Shown: positions 36,473 through 46,676, numbered from the stretch's first letter. The stretch: DNA of 64,000 nt from Candidatus Latescibacterota bacterium (GCA_965248755.1 OZ252149.1:4476736-4540735); one strand, 5' to 3'. The notes: generated by a model not told the origin, from the letters alone. A program made the numbers and translations.

Positions 36473-37723
36473 TTAAGTGTTCGATTCTACGCGCGACTTT
36501 GCAGCCTTAAATATCTTATCTGCTGTGGATTTTCCTATCCCCGGTATCTCAGCTAATTCTGAAGCAGAAAATCTGGAAACATCACTTATTGATTCGATGT
36601 TTGCCTTTTTTAGTTTCTCCGACGTTTTCGCTCCTACACCCGGCAAGTCTGTCAGTTCCCCTGCTTCCTTTCTTTCCTCTTTGAGTCTCTCTTCGTAAGC
36701 AGATTCGGTTAGTATATCGATACCATATCCCGTAAGTTGAGCCGCTAATCTTACATTCTGGCCGGACTTACCGATAGCTAGGGAATATTGGCTCTCTTCA
36801 ACTATCACCACTATCCTTTCATCCCCATCCTTCCATATTACCTTGGGCACAGAGGCTGGACGCAGCGCCTCTGCCACAAACACCCTCAGTTCGCTATTCC
36901 ACGGTATAATGTCGATCCTTTCGTTACTCAACTCTCGCACTATAGCTTGGACCCTTGACCCCCTGATGCCCACGCAGGCTCCCACAGGGTCTATCCGGTC
37001 GTCTGTCGAATGCACGGCTATCTTTGACCTTTCACCTGGTTCTCTGGCTACGGCCTTTATCTCCACTAACCCCTCATAGACTTCCGGGACTTCCATCTCG
37101 AAGAGTCGGATAAGGAAATCGGGATGTGTCCTGGAGAGCATAATCTGAGGCCCCTTGTTGGTTCTATCCACATCTATTATCAAGCACCTTATCAGATCGC
37201 CTTGACGGTATCTCTCCTTTCTTATTTGCTCATTGGATGTAATGATAGCCTCTGTTGCACCTAGACTTACTATTATATCTCCTTTGATAACCTGCTGAAC
37301 GTTCCCCTGAATGAGTTCTCCTATCCTTTTTTGGAAATCACTGTAAGTCTTTTCACGCTCAGCTTCCCTAACCCTTTGAACGAGTATCTGCTTGGCAGTC
37401 TGAATGGAATTTCTCCCAAAATCTAAGAGCCTGATCTCTTCTGCCACCTCACTGCCTATTTCAACGTCCGAGTCTATCTCTCTTGCCTTCTCTACGGGGA
37501 TCTCTACTGACGGATCTTCTACCTTTTCTACAACTGTCTTAGTGGCGAACATCTTGGCTTCACCGGTGTTCTGATCTATAACCACCTGTATGTTATCCGC
37601 TGTCCCGAATCGCTTCTTGGCAGCAGACAGAAGCCCCATCTCCAGGGTCTCTATCACCAGATCTCTGCTGACGTTCTTCTCACTTGCAATCTGTCCCAGG
37701 GCTTCTAATATCTCGTAGTTCAT
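36473..37723 (-). CDS. nusA: transcription termination/antitermination factor NusA
   Basis: 'FGR..IQTAKQ', 'LSRTHP', 'FE.EVPE', 'AREPG.RSKIAV', 'DPVGACVG.RGSRV', 'LAIGK.GQNVRLA'; C-terminal HhH repeats. Confidence 0.97.
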   Translation of the reverse strand: MNYEILEALGQIASEKNVSRDLVIETLEMGLLSAAKKRFGTADNIQVVIDQNTGEAKMFATKTVVEKVEDPSVEIPVEKAREIDSDVEIGSEVAEEIRLLDFGRNSIQTAKQILVQRVREAEREKTYSDFQKRIGELIQGNVQQVIKGDIIVSLGATEAIITSNEQIRKERYRQGDLIRCLIIDVDRTNKGPQIMLSRTHPDFLIRLFEMEVPEVYEGLVEIKAVAREPGERSKIAVHSTDDRIDPVGACVGIRGSRVQAIVRELSNERIDIIPWNSELRVFVAEALRPASVPKVIWKDGDERIVVIVEESQYSLAIGKSGQNVRLAAQLTGYGIDILTESAYEERLKEERKEAGELTDLPGVGAKTSEKLKKANIESISDVSRFSASELAEIPGIGKSTADKIFKAAKSRVESNT

Positions 37724-37744
37724 TTAGAGCTCCCTTCAAACCGC

Positions 37745-38200
37745 TTACTGCATATCCAGAGAAAGTTTGGCTTTGACTACATCCTCAAACATTATTTTCA
37801 CTTCCCCACCATCAGATCTCTCCTTCAAGGTTATGCTATCTTCGTCATAGCCTATCAATGTCCCACTCAACTTCCCCGAACCTGTGGAGACATCTATCTT
37901 CTTGCCGACCGTACGGACAAAATCGGACCTACACTCTAAGGGACGGTCGAGTCCAGGTGATGATACCTCCAGCGTGTATCTTCCTTCTATAGGATCTTCC
38001 ACGTCCAGAATATCTCCTAACGTCCGGCTGATATGAGCGCACTCGTCTAACTTTATGCCGCCCACCTTATCGAGGCATAATCTCAAGATGCTCCTGTTGC
38101 CTACACTTAAGAGGTCCATATCTATCAACTGTGCACCTGTATCTTGGAGGATCGGAAGTAAAAGGACGCGTACCAGCTCCAAAGTTTCCTCTTTTTCCAC
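37745..38200 (-). CDS. rimP: ribosome maturation factor RimP
   Basis: 'GI.LD.CA.ISR.L..LD.EDPI.G.Y.LEVSSPGLDRPL'. Confidence 0.95.
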   Translation of the reverse strand: MEKEETLELVRVLLLPILQDTGAQLIDMDLLSVGNRSILRLCLDKVGGIKLDECAHISRTLGDILDVEDPIEGRYTLEVSSPGLDRPLECRSDFVRTVGKKIDVSTGSGKLSGTLIGYDEDSITLKERSDGGEVKIMFEDVVKAKLSLDMQ

Positions 38201-38224
38201 TATTTTACCCTCTTTCTAATAACC

Positions 38225-38248
38225 AAAAGAGTGGGCGCTGCCCACTCT
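38225..38248 (-). terminator. rimP-leader terminator/attenuator hairpin
   Basis: Minus strand AGAGTGGGC-AGC-GCCCACTCTTTT, the GAGTGGG/CCCACTC hairpin commonly found upstream of rimP. Confidence 0.8.
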
Positions 38249-38261
38249 AGTCTTCTGTTAT

Positions 38262-38290
38262 AATATAGAACATTTCTTGTAATAACGCAA
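38262..38290 (-). promoter_or_regulatory. sigma-70-type promoter of the rimP-nusA-infB operon
   Basis: Minus strand TTGCGT-N17-TATATT just upstream of the leader hairpin. Confidence 0.55.
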
Positions 38291-38400
38291 GAAAAAAATT
38301 ATGAAGGAAACTGCTTGACTCTGGAGTCTTTCTTCTGTAAATTCAAAAGGTTATTTGCAGAATAAAGAGGCAAAAACGCAAATAAGGGAGCGCTGAACCC

Positions 38401-38949
38401 ATGAATTCACTCCAAAACCAAGAATCGGTGTGGAAAATATCTCTATGTCTTGCGGGATTCCTCTTGGCAGTTATAATCCTTCTGAGCCTTGTCTCCTCCG
38501 ATGAAGCAATCATCAATAAGGAGCAGTACGAAAAGCTCCTGGAAATGGACCTTATAGAAGGTGCTGTAATATCAGAGAATACCTTCCACGGCAAGCTGGA
38601 ACGACCAATCAGCTTCAAAACTGAGTATCAGTCGGGTTCCTACGACAGAGTTTCCGTAGAGTTCGAAGCAATAACTCCCCAGATGATAGAAAAGTGGGAA
38701 GAGTCAGGGATTAGACTTCAGTTCGAAGGCATAAGAGATGAATCACAGTCGCAATCAAGCACAGTAGCTATCCTCGTACTTGTGGGATTCTTGTCAGTCG
38801 GGGGGTGGTATATAGCGGATAGTATTGTAAGGAGCAGAAGAGAAGGGCTTTCAGAGAAGGTCAAAGAGTTGGAAAAACAGAGAAAAGCTGGAACTTTAAG
38901 CGAAGCTGAGTATTGGATGAAAAGGAGCGAACTGCGCGGTGATATATGA
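38401..38949 (+). CDS. two-TM membrane protein with FtsH-extracellular-like loop and C-terminal SHOCT-like helix
   Basis: TM1, loop 'INKEQYEKLLEMDLIEGAVISENTFHGKL', TM2, then 'ELEKQRKAGTLSEAEY..KR.EL'; upstream TTGACT-N17-TAAATT. Confidence 0.55.
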   Translation: MNSLQNQESVWKISLCLAGFLLAVIILLSLVSSDEAIINKEQYEKLLEMDLIEGAVISENTFHGKLERPISFKTEYQSGSYDRVSVEFEAITPQMIEKWEESGIRLQFEGIRDESQSQSSTVAILVLVGFLSVGGWYIADSIVRSRREGLSEKVKELEKQRKAGTLSEAEYWMKRSELRGDI

Positions 38950-38969
38950 TATAAAACGGGGACACTGTT

Positions 38970-38997
38970 GAGATTGGCTCGCTACGCCTGCAATGAC
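38970..38997 (+). repeat. REP-like family A copy
   Basis: GAGATTGGCTCGCTACGCCTGCAATGAC. Confidence 0.5.
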
Positions 38998-39071
38998 GAG
39001 CGTGCAGGAGATGATGAGGCACAATTAAATTATTGCTTATGGCATTGAGGAATCCTAGTTCGTCGCAATTT

Positions 39072-39099
39072 CCATTTGTACAAGAAATCTGACAGACCC
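39072..39099 (+). mobile_element. solo IS256-like terminal inverted repeat
   Basis: CCATTTGTACAAGAAATCTGACAGACCC matches the reverse complement of 23781-23808 at 25/28 positions. Confidence 0.6.
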
Positions 39100-39104
39100 G
39101 ATAC

Positions 39105-40163
39105 TTAAAAATCTCTCTCTACCAAAAAGTCCGACATAGCCTTTAATAAATCCACCGCATCACCCTCGGGCATAGCGTCTAAATACTCTACACTTTTGTG
39201 CGCCATCTTTTTGCACATCTCTTTGGCATAGTTTATCGAATCGTATTCCTCTAAAAGCGATATCACCCATTCTATCTCATCGGGAGTATTGCTGTTTCTG
39301 TCCATGTTCAAAATCTCCGACACTTTTTCCCTTTCCCCATCTTGACACTTTCCGAAAAGGTCTATTATCATCAGTGTCCTCTTGCCCTCAGCTATGTCGC
39401 CGCCCCTTTCCTTGCCGTACGACCCGCCTGAAATTCCCGGAGCGCTGCTGGATTCCCCGCTCTCTACCACAAGGTTCAAAAGATCGTCTCTTATTTGAAA
39501 CGCCATAGCTATAGTTTCCCCGAAGTTAGCTATCGCTCTTCTGCTCTTTTCATCTGCATCGGCTATTATAGCTCCGGCGTCGCACGGTCCCCTCCCTGTG
39601 TACCATCCTGTCTTTTTCTTAAGCATCATGAAAAAATCGTCAGGATCAGGAATTTTGCCCTCTCTTATCCACCCCAGATCGTAAGCCTGACCCTCACATG
39701 TAATTTGAAAGCCGGTTATCATCTTCTCCATCAACGTAAAGGTCTTTTCGTCTCCCAAAAGATCTCTGTTTTCAAGGAGTGCTTCAAAGACCTTTCCAAA
39801 GAGGGCATCCCCCGCGTTTAGGCTCAGTGGCACACCGTATTTTCTATGGAGACAGGGCTCTCCCCTCCTCATCTCCGATCCATCCTCTATATCGTCGTGA
39901 ACTATCAGAAAAAGGTGCAAAAGCTCAAACGCTACAGCAGTCCAGATAGTCTCCTCCTTTTTCCCTCCTAACGCCTCACACGAGAGTATAACTAAGGCCG
40001 GTCTGAGCCTTTTTCCGCCTCTTTCCGGGTAATCTCTCATGGGATTGTATAAGAACTCCAATGGATCGTTCTTTGGAAGAAAAGAATACAACTTTTCATC
40101 TATAAGAGGGATATTCTCCTCCAAGAATCTTCTATATTTTTCGCTTCTGTTCGGATCGCCCAT
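39105..40163 (-). CDS. polyprenyl diphosphate synthase (short-chain, GGPP synthase-like)
   Basis: 'GGKRLRP', FARM 'FLIVHDDIED...RRG.P..H', 'GDAL', 'GQA.DL', 'KT', SARM 'FQIRDDLLN', 'GDIAEGKRT'. Confidence 0.92.
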   Translation of the reverse strand: MGDPNRSEKYRRFLEENIPLIDEKLYSFLPKNDPLEFLYNPMRDYPERGGKRLRPALVILSCEALGGKKEETIWTAVAFELLHLFLIVHDDIEDGSEMRRGEPCLHRKYGVPLSLNAGDALFGKVFEALLENRDLLGDEKTFTLMEKMITGFQITCEGQAYDLGWIREGKIPDPDDFFMMLKKKTGWYTGRGPCDAGAIIADADEKSRRAIANFGETIAMAFQIRDDLLNLVVESGESSSAPGISGGSYGKERGGDIAEGKRTLMIIDLFGKCQDGEREKVSEILNMDRNSNTPDEIEWVISLLEEYDSINYAKEMCKKMAHKSVEYLDAMPEGDAVDLLKAMSDFLVERDF

Positions 40164-40650
40164 ATCTTTTCCCTATAGTGGCAAGGCTCTTCAGATTGCA
40201 CTGGCTACGAACGAATACATCTCGATCTCCTCGCTAAATCCGAACTATATTATAACAATTCTACTCTTTGCTCACAAGTCTATTTTTCAACTTCTTCCAA
40301 GTCGATGGCCCTCAGTGTCCAGCCAATCTTAAGATGGGCCCAACGGCCCCACCCCCGCTTCGGACGAATATCGTAGCAGTGGATTCTTGAACTGCTCCTG
40401 CGGTACGTTTACCCAGTTGCGATAAGCCTTCGATCCCCTCTCCCAAAGTGTTCAGAAGGTCTTCTATGAGATCGCAAAGTCCTGCTAACTGGCTCCTGGG
40501 ATCAGATTGATTCTAGTGCAGTAACTGTGCCCCTGTTGGGAGAGCTACACTTGGAGGACGTTGTATGTTCATATTGCCACCCTCCAAAGCTCGCTTTTGT
40601 ACAGTTCAAATTCAGATTTCTTCCTTCAATACTGAATGGCGCAGGCTTCA

Positions 40651-43527
40651 TCACTTTAAGAGGAGGATCTTCATAGAGGCTAAATCTCTACTACCTGCCC
40701 TCATCCTGCATATATAGACCCCGCTCGACAGGTCCGGTCCGCTCCATGCCACCGAGTGCCGACCGGCTGCCTGTTCAAAGTCCACCAGAACCTCTACGAC
40801 CTGACCCTGTACGTTGTAAACCTCAATCGTTACAAGTGTCCTTTGAGGAAGTTCATATTCTATGATTGTTCTCAAATTAAATGGGTTCGGATAGTTCCTC
40901 AATAAGCTGTATTCCTTTGGTATTGAATAAACATCTGACACGTACTCTTCCACAGCGGTCTTATTCAATACGACTAGTGTTTGGGGAGGACTTTCCAGAT
41001 CTCCTACTCTCGATGAAATCTCCGTCGCCCCCTCGCTTCGAGCCACTACTAACCCCTTTTCATCTTTCTCATTTCCCACAACTGCTACACTGGTATCAGA
41101 GCTTGTCCATTCTGCCACAGAAGTAACGCTTTCCAGACTCCCGTCGGAAAATATACCTATCGCCCAAAATTGGACCGAATCTCCCGCGGTTATCGAAGTG
41201 TCTTGAGACGCAAGCATTATCCTTATCAGCATTACCCGCTCTCTCCCTGGAGAGAACAGCGCTCCTTTTCCTGGGGTAGACATGTGCTCTACGAATGCCC
41301 CCGTCCCCTCGGGCCATCTTGTAAGCGACTGACCGTCTCCTCCCCTATCGTATGCTACGCTGTCCATCAGGGCGCCGGCTGAATCCATTAAGATAACTGA
41401 ATCGCCCGAATTTGCCAGACCGTTTCCTATAGTTCCGTTGTCTACGTAGACCTGTCCAGCAAACCCCGAAGGGACTCCCCCACCGAACAGGACTATCCGT
41501 TCCCCCGGAGCAATTATCGTCTCCTCCGGAAAGACAAACCTTCCACTTTCTCCCACGTCGTCGTCCCCGAGCGTCCATCCGCCTATGTCCACGGGAGATT
41601 CGCCTGCGTTCATAAGCTCCACAAACTCGTCCTGGAAAGCATCCCTTATGCCATCACCGTTTGCATCCCCACTTAAGCCTTCAGCGGGGTCGAAAAAAAT
41701 CTCATTGATGACCACAGCTCCACTGACGTGGACTGACACCGTATATCTCTGGAACCCCTGTCCCCCTCTCCCATCAAAGACGCTGACGTTCACCTCGTGT
41801 ATCCCCTGATCATCCTCTCTCGGAGTCCAGGTTATGACTCCCGACTCCTCGTCTATCTCCATGCTCTCCGGTCCCGATAGTACAAATCTCAGCACATCCC
41901 CGTCCTCATCTATAGCCTCCACATTGTAAAGATATAATCTTCCGACAAACGCAGATTCGACAGGTAAGCTTGTAATTATCGGGAGGTCATTTGTATTCTG
42001 GACATTCAAAGTGAAAGTCTGGACGTCGAAGCTTGATGAACCCTCAGCCCTCACCCTGACCGAACTTGTCCCTACATCGCTGTTTCGCGGTGTTCCTCTC
42101 AAGACACCAGTTTCAGGATCTATCTTTAGCCAGTCGGGTCGCTCCTCTAAAGAAAACTGGATGTCTCCGTTGTCAGAAGTTGCGGTCACTCTATAGACGT
42201 ACTCTTCGTCCTCTCTAGCCGTTCCTGTTGGACTCGATGTTATTGTGACAGTCACTGCAGCAGGAAATGAGCTTACCGACCCCGTCCCTGCAAATCCGAA
42301 CCCTAACGCCCTTATTATAACCTCCCCCTCCCTCAGCGCCTCAACTGTCCCCTTTCCGTCAATCTCTATAACGGTGCTATCTGAGCTTTCCCACTCCACA
42401 TTTGCTGTAATTATCCCGCTTTCCCCATCTGAAAATATCCCTATCGCCTCAAGCTGTCCCCCCTCTCCAACGCTGATTTCCAGGCTATCCGGCTCCACTG
42501 AGATTGAGGAGAGCAGAGCCCTACCTCTTCCAGGAGAGAATTTCCCTTTTCCCGGAAGAGACGAGTGTTGAACAAACTCGCCCGTCCCCTCTGGGAATCT
42601 CACCAAAGATTGATCCTTGTTCCAGTCGCCGCTTGTCAGCGCATCAACGGTGTCGCCCGCATCCGCGATAAGAAGGACTGTATCGCCCAAATTTGCCAGA
42701 CCGTTTCCTATCCTTCCGTCATCTACAAAGACCTGTCCAGCAAACCCCGAAGGGACTCCCCCACCGAACAGGACTATCCGTTCCCCCGGAGCTATCGTGG
42801 TCCCATCAGGAAATATAAACTTTTGTCCCTCAGACACATCGCCCAGAGTCCAACCGCCTATGTCAACTATAAAATCCCCTATATCCACGATTGAATCTAT
42901 CGGGGATATATTCAGAATCTCAATAAACTCATCTTCAAAGCGATCTCTCACACCGTCCCGATTTGCATCTCCTTCCAAGCTGTCAGTCGGAGGATCAGCC
43001 AAGACCTCGTTTATGACTATAATATCGAAGATTGGGACAATTACAATGGCTCCGTTCACAGCCACAGCCGGAATCAGATTAGCGTCCGCATCTCCTACAA
43101 CAATCTGCACAACTCTAAGATCAGACCTGCCTGATGGAGCACCGTTGGCTATGTCAAAGAACAGCCTGAAGATAGCTCCCCCTCCCGGGGCTATCCTTAT
43201 ATTTCTACTCAGGTCCGACCACAATATGCGTATTCTATTCTCTTCTCGAAGCCCAGCCGTTACACGTGTACCTTCAGCCCGCCCTATCTCTATCACCTTT
43301 TTAGGTGTCAGGACTTGAGGATCAAACCCTATCTCTATATCTACTACAGCCACTTCCCTGCTATTTGTGAGAAAGATGTCCACGGTTACCGCAGTGTCCA
43401 CTGGAACAACCTGTGCCTCACCCACTTTCAACGTATCCCCAATTTGAGCCCGGCAGTCGCTCGAATATAGGAACAAAACTAAACCGAGGGAGAACATTCT
43501 CCAAGGATTTAGCAGATTTCTTATCAT
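40651..43527 (-). CDS. secreted multidomain protein: cohesin + lamin-tail domain (LTD) + Big_2 + 2 cadherin/He_PIG-like + LTD + Big_2 + FlgD-Ig/T9SS-like CTD
   Basis: Signal peptide; cohesin-like 'VTVDIFLTNS..VAVVDIEIGFDP.VL...NGAI'; LTD 'VINE...DP...GDAN.DG.RD..DEF.E..N.....DIGGWTL.D' twice; 'WESSD..V' Big_2; CTD 'YSLLRNYPNPFN..T.I.Y.L...SSGVY'. Confidence 0.85.
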   Translation of the reverse strand: MIRNLLNPWRMFSLGLVLFLYSSDCRAQIGDTLKVGEAQVVPVDTAVTVDIFLTNSREVAVVDIEIGFDPQVLTPKKVIEIGRAEGTRVTAGLREENRIRILWSDLSRNIRIAPGGGAIFRLFFDIANGAPSGRSDLRVVQIVVGDADANLIPAVAVNGAIVIVPIFDIIVINEVLADPPTDSLEGDANRDGVRDRFEDEFIEILNISPIDSIVDIGDFIVDIGGWTLGDVSEGQKFIFPDGTTIAPGERIVLFGGGVPSGFAGQVFVDDGRIGNGLANLGDTVLLIADAGDTVDALTSGDWNKDQSLVRFPEGTGEFVQHSSLPGKGKFSPGRGRALLSSISVEPDSLEISVGEGGQLEAIGIFSDGESGIITANVEWESSDSTVIEIDGKGTVEALREGEVIIRALGFGFAGTGSVSSFPAAVTVTITSSPTGTAREDEEYVYRVTATSDNGDIQFSLEERPDWLKIDPETGVLRGTPRNSDVGTSSVRVRAEGSSSFDVQTFTLNVQNTNDLPIITSLPVESAFVGRLYLYNVEAIDEDGDVLRFVLSGPESMEIDEESGVITWTPREDDQGIHEVNVSVFDGRGGQGFQRYTVSVHVSGAVVINEIFFDPAEGLSGDANGDGIRDAFQDEFVELMNAGESPVDIGGWTLGDDDVGESGRFVFPEETIIAPGERIVLFGGGVPSGFAGQVYVDNGTIGNGLANSGDSVILMDSAGALMDSVAYDRGGDGQSLTRWPEGTGAFVEHMSTPGKGALFSPGRERVMLIRIMLASQDTSITAGDSVQFWAIGIFSDGSLESVTSVAEWTSSDTSVAVVGNEKDEKGLVVARSEGATEISSRVGDLESPPQTLVVLNKTAVEEYVSDVYSIPKEYSLLRNYPNPFNLRTIIEYELPQRTLVTIEVYNVQGQVVEVLVDFEQAAGRHSVAWSGPDLSSGVYICRMRAGSRDLASMKILLLK

Positions 43528-43684
43528 TACGTGTCTCTCTCAGGAAGGCGAGATTGCCTAGAGTTCTCATCCGTCGCAAAGACAGAAAATGTAAACGGGA
43601 ACAGGAATAGAAGAAATTTAGCCCCCCACTCAAGAGACAGAATGGAGGGCCAAAGTTTAACTTCTATGACAACACTGCTATGGA

Positions 43685-46603
43685 TTACTTTAACAACAGC
43701 ATCTTTCTCACCTTTACAAAGTCGCCGGCTTTTATCCTGTAGAAGTAGACGCCGCTTGAAACTCGATTTCCGGACTCGTCTCTGCCATCCCAGGTTTCAG
43801 AATAGCGTCCGGCGTCCCTGTGACCCTGAACCAGCGTCCTTATTTTCTGACCTATGACGCTGTGTATCACCAACTTAACTTCCCCCGACGCAGGGAGCTC
43901 GAACTTTATCGTGGTCTCGGGGTTGAACGGATTCGGGAAGTTCTGGCTTAGTGAGTAAGAATCAGGGATCTGATTTACCTCAGTGGTGATGCCCTCAGCC
44001 AGAGCCGCCAAGCCTGCAGCATCCACTAATATCAACTCCTCAATAGTAATACCCTTCAATTCGTCCGAATCGTTCAACAGACTGAACGGAATCTCAAGCA
44101 TCGATCCTGATCCGGGTTCTATGCCACCGATAGTCGTGGAATACATCACTATTATAGCCTCGCCCTCCTTCACCTCGTTGTAGGCAAGGTCCATATTCCT
44201 GCTTCTGTCCGTAAGCATCATATCTGACAGCGACATAGAGGATGGGTCGTACGTTATCCTCATCTGAACCCCGTAGATCGGTGAGCTATTATCCAGAGAC
44301 ACTGGGAAGAGGGCTTGCCCACCTTCCAGAGATGCTCCAAGGAGGGACACCTTAGACGGCAGAACTGCCAGAGGAGGAAGCGTCTTTAACGGAATTCCTA
44401 TTATTTCCAATACGACGCCTACAGCGTCGAATATATCGATCCCGCCACCTATTCTGAAGTCCCCTGCCAAGAGTTCAAAGGCATTTGCAGCAGGAGGTAT
44501 TCTGACTATTATGTTCACTATCCTGACCACATCTAAACCTTCCAGACTGAAGCTGGCGTTTACATCGCCTCTTTCAAATACGCTCACAAGCGCTGAATCC
44601 ACCAGTGCATTCTGCATGGCCTTGATATAGGTCATTCCGGGTCCTGCGCCTGTGGCCAACCCTGTACTGTCCACCGTCGCGACCGTATCAGCTGTGCTCA
44701 TCCACATAAGACCCTGAGCAGCCATCACCGTATCCCGACTCCCATCTGTTAAGGTCAGTTCGACCTGGAACTGCTTCTGATCACCCACAAAGATAGAATC
44801 TTTCCCGACCTCAAACACATTTATATTCGTTGCCAAAGGAGCGCTCACCGTGACCTTGGTCGAATCCGCAAGATCGAAGATATTCGCCCTTATATAAGTC
44901 TTTCCTTGCGTTTTGGCAGTTACCTTCCCTGAATCATTTACGACAGCTATATTCGTGTCTGCACTTGACCACACCACCACACCTGTGATATCGGTTGTAT
45001 CAGCAAGGGAGATTCCTTTCGCACTGAGCTGAGCTGTCAATCCCGCCGGAATTGCTACCGAATCGGGTTGAGTTGCTATAGACGAAAGTTCAACTCTGGC
45101 CTCGCCTGGAGAGGCTTTTTGTATAGCGTTCGGGCTATCGTGATCGGCAAATGCACCTGTGCCCTCAGGAATCCTCACCAGCGATGCACCTACAGGAGGA
45201 GATGGGGAGAACACAGAATCGACCGTGTCACCTCCAGCCGTCCTGAGCACGACCCCTTCTGGACCCCCCAGGCCGTTTCCGATAATCCCAATGTCTGAGA
45301 AGATCTGTCCTGCAAATCCTGTGGCTCCGGTCGTATCTCCGAAAAGGACTACAAACTCACCCGGAGCTATGCTGGTACCACCAGGAAAGGCAAAAGGAGG
45401 AACGGCAGAAGGAGACGCCGCGAAGGTGTCGCTTAACGTCCACCCAGTGATGTCCATCGGGTTTGCGCCGACGTTGTATATCTCTATAAATTCATCTTCG
45501 GCCTCGACAGTTGCACCGTTTCTGTTGGCATCCAATGTCCCCGCCGGATTGAACAATACCTCGTTGATCACGACCTGGAAACTCGAAGAGCCGCTTAAGG
45601 GTATTCTTAATGTGCCATTTCCAACCGAATCGTTGCTAGTGATGACCAGGGTATCCAGGAAAGAACCGGCACTGGTAGGACTAAATTCTACAACGACATT
45701 TGTCGAGGAACCGGGCGGAAGCGTATCTGGCAGCGTGACCTGCGATACGATACTAAATGGCGCACCAACGCCTGAAAGGCCGCTAATGATGAGTGTATCT
45801 CCGCCTGTGCTCTCTAAACTCACACTATCCCTTTTAGAGCTTACAACCTGCATAAGACCAAAATTCAGTGAGGCTGGAGAGACATTAATTATGGGGATGT
45901 TTGGAGGCTCAAATTGGAGGGTGGCTATATCATCGTTCAAATCCATGGTAGCCGATGCAAGAGAAGCAGACGAAGCACTGTTGCCCTTGCCATCCTTGGC
46001 CTCAACCACAACAGTTAGGAAGGTGCCCACCCCCGTGCTAAAATTCATCTTGACCAAACCGACTAATGGATTTGGATGCACCCCTGCCACCAAATCCATT
46101 TTAAGAGTGGCTGCTCCAGATGGACTAGTGAGTCCGCATATAGGCAAAGACACAATAGAACTAAGAAGATCTGTTACAGTTGCAGACACCAGAACTCCTA
46201 CGGCAAGTGTGCCATCCTCGTTAAGTACCGTCACAGTAGCGTTTTGTGGAAGTCCGGGAGTGCCCGCGGGCAGCGTTTCGAACGTGCCACTGCTTGTGGT
46301 CCCCTCAGATCTAACCTCAAATAAATAACCTTCTGTTGCGGAAGTTAATCCGCCAAGGTCAACCTAGTGAGTGTTGAAACCGATACTCGACGCCGTGAAC
46401 ACAGTGTCTAGAGAAATGGTGGGATTAGACACAAATACGCTGTCTTCCCCTGTCGCCGCAACGTCAGTTAGCCACGTGATCTTCGCACCAGTCGCTGTAA
46501 GATTGCAGACCTTAACATCACTTATTACAGCCGCATAAGCGTTCACGTAGCCCAGCAGGACTATCCCAGCAAGCGCCGCTAATGTTTTAAGATCCTTGGG
46601 CAT
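43685..46603 (-). CDS. secreted multidomain protein (FN3-like module, ASH/choice-of-anchor-D Ig, LTD, 2x Big_2, dockerin-like, cohesin, CTD) interrupted by one in-frame TAG at 46364-46366
   Basis: ORFs 46364-46630 and 43685-46234 are in frame, and the intervening 43 codons match the paralogous module of the upstream gene. Dockerin-like 'GDVN........DV...VNII' / 'GD......DIFD'; CTD 'LSQNFPNPFNPET.I'. Confidence 0.82.
45935..46530. repeat. ~600-bp module duplicated at ~48275-48865
   Basis: Shared blocks such as CCAGTCGCTGTAAGATTGCAGACC and CACAGTAGCGTTTTGTGGAAGTCCGGGAGTGCCC at ~2335-2341 bp offset. Confidence 0.9.
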
Positions 46604-46676
46604 CTTTTTAGCCTCCCTCCTTAAGAACATTTAAAATTAAGTCTGTCACTGAGACCAGACAAGCATCTTGTAGTCG

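Noticed and set aside
40270..40640. Possible gene remnant between the prenyl synthase and the cohesin cluster
   Set aside because: Minus-strand frames give short coding-like pieces, but I cannot match them to any family.
41448..42792. Diversity-generating retroelement TR/VR pair
   Set aside because: The repeats are identical rather than differing at adenines, lie inside paralogous domains, and no reverse transcriptase is present.
46364..46366. Pyrrolysine recoding of the TAG
   Set aside because: No pyl genes in the window, the protein is not a methylamine methyltransferase, the paralogue has Leu, and TAG is used as a normal stop elsewhere (e.g. folB, purN, leuS).
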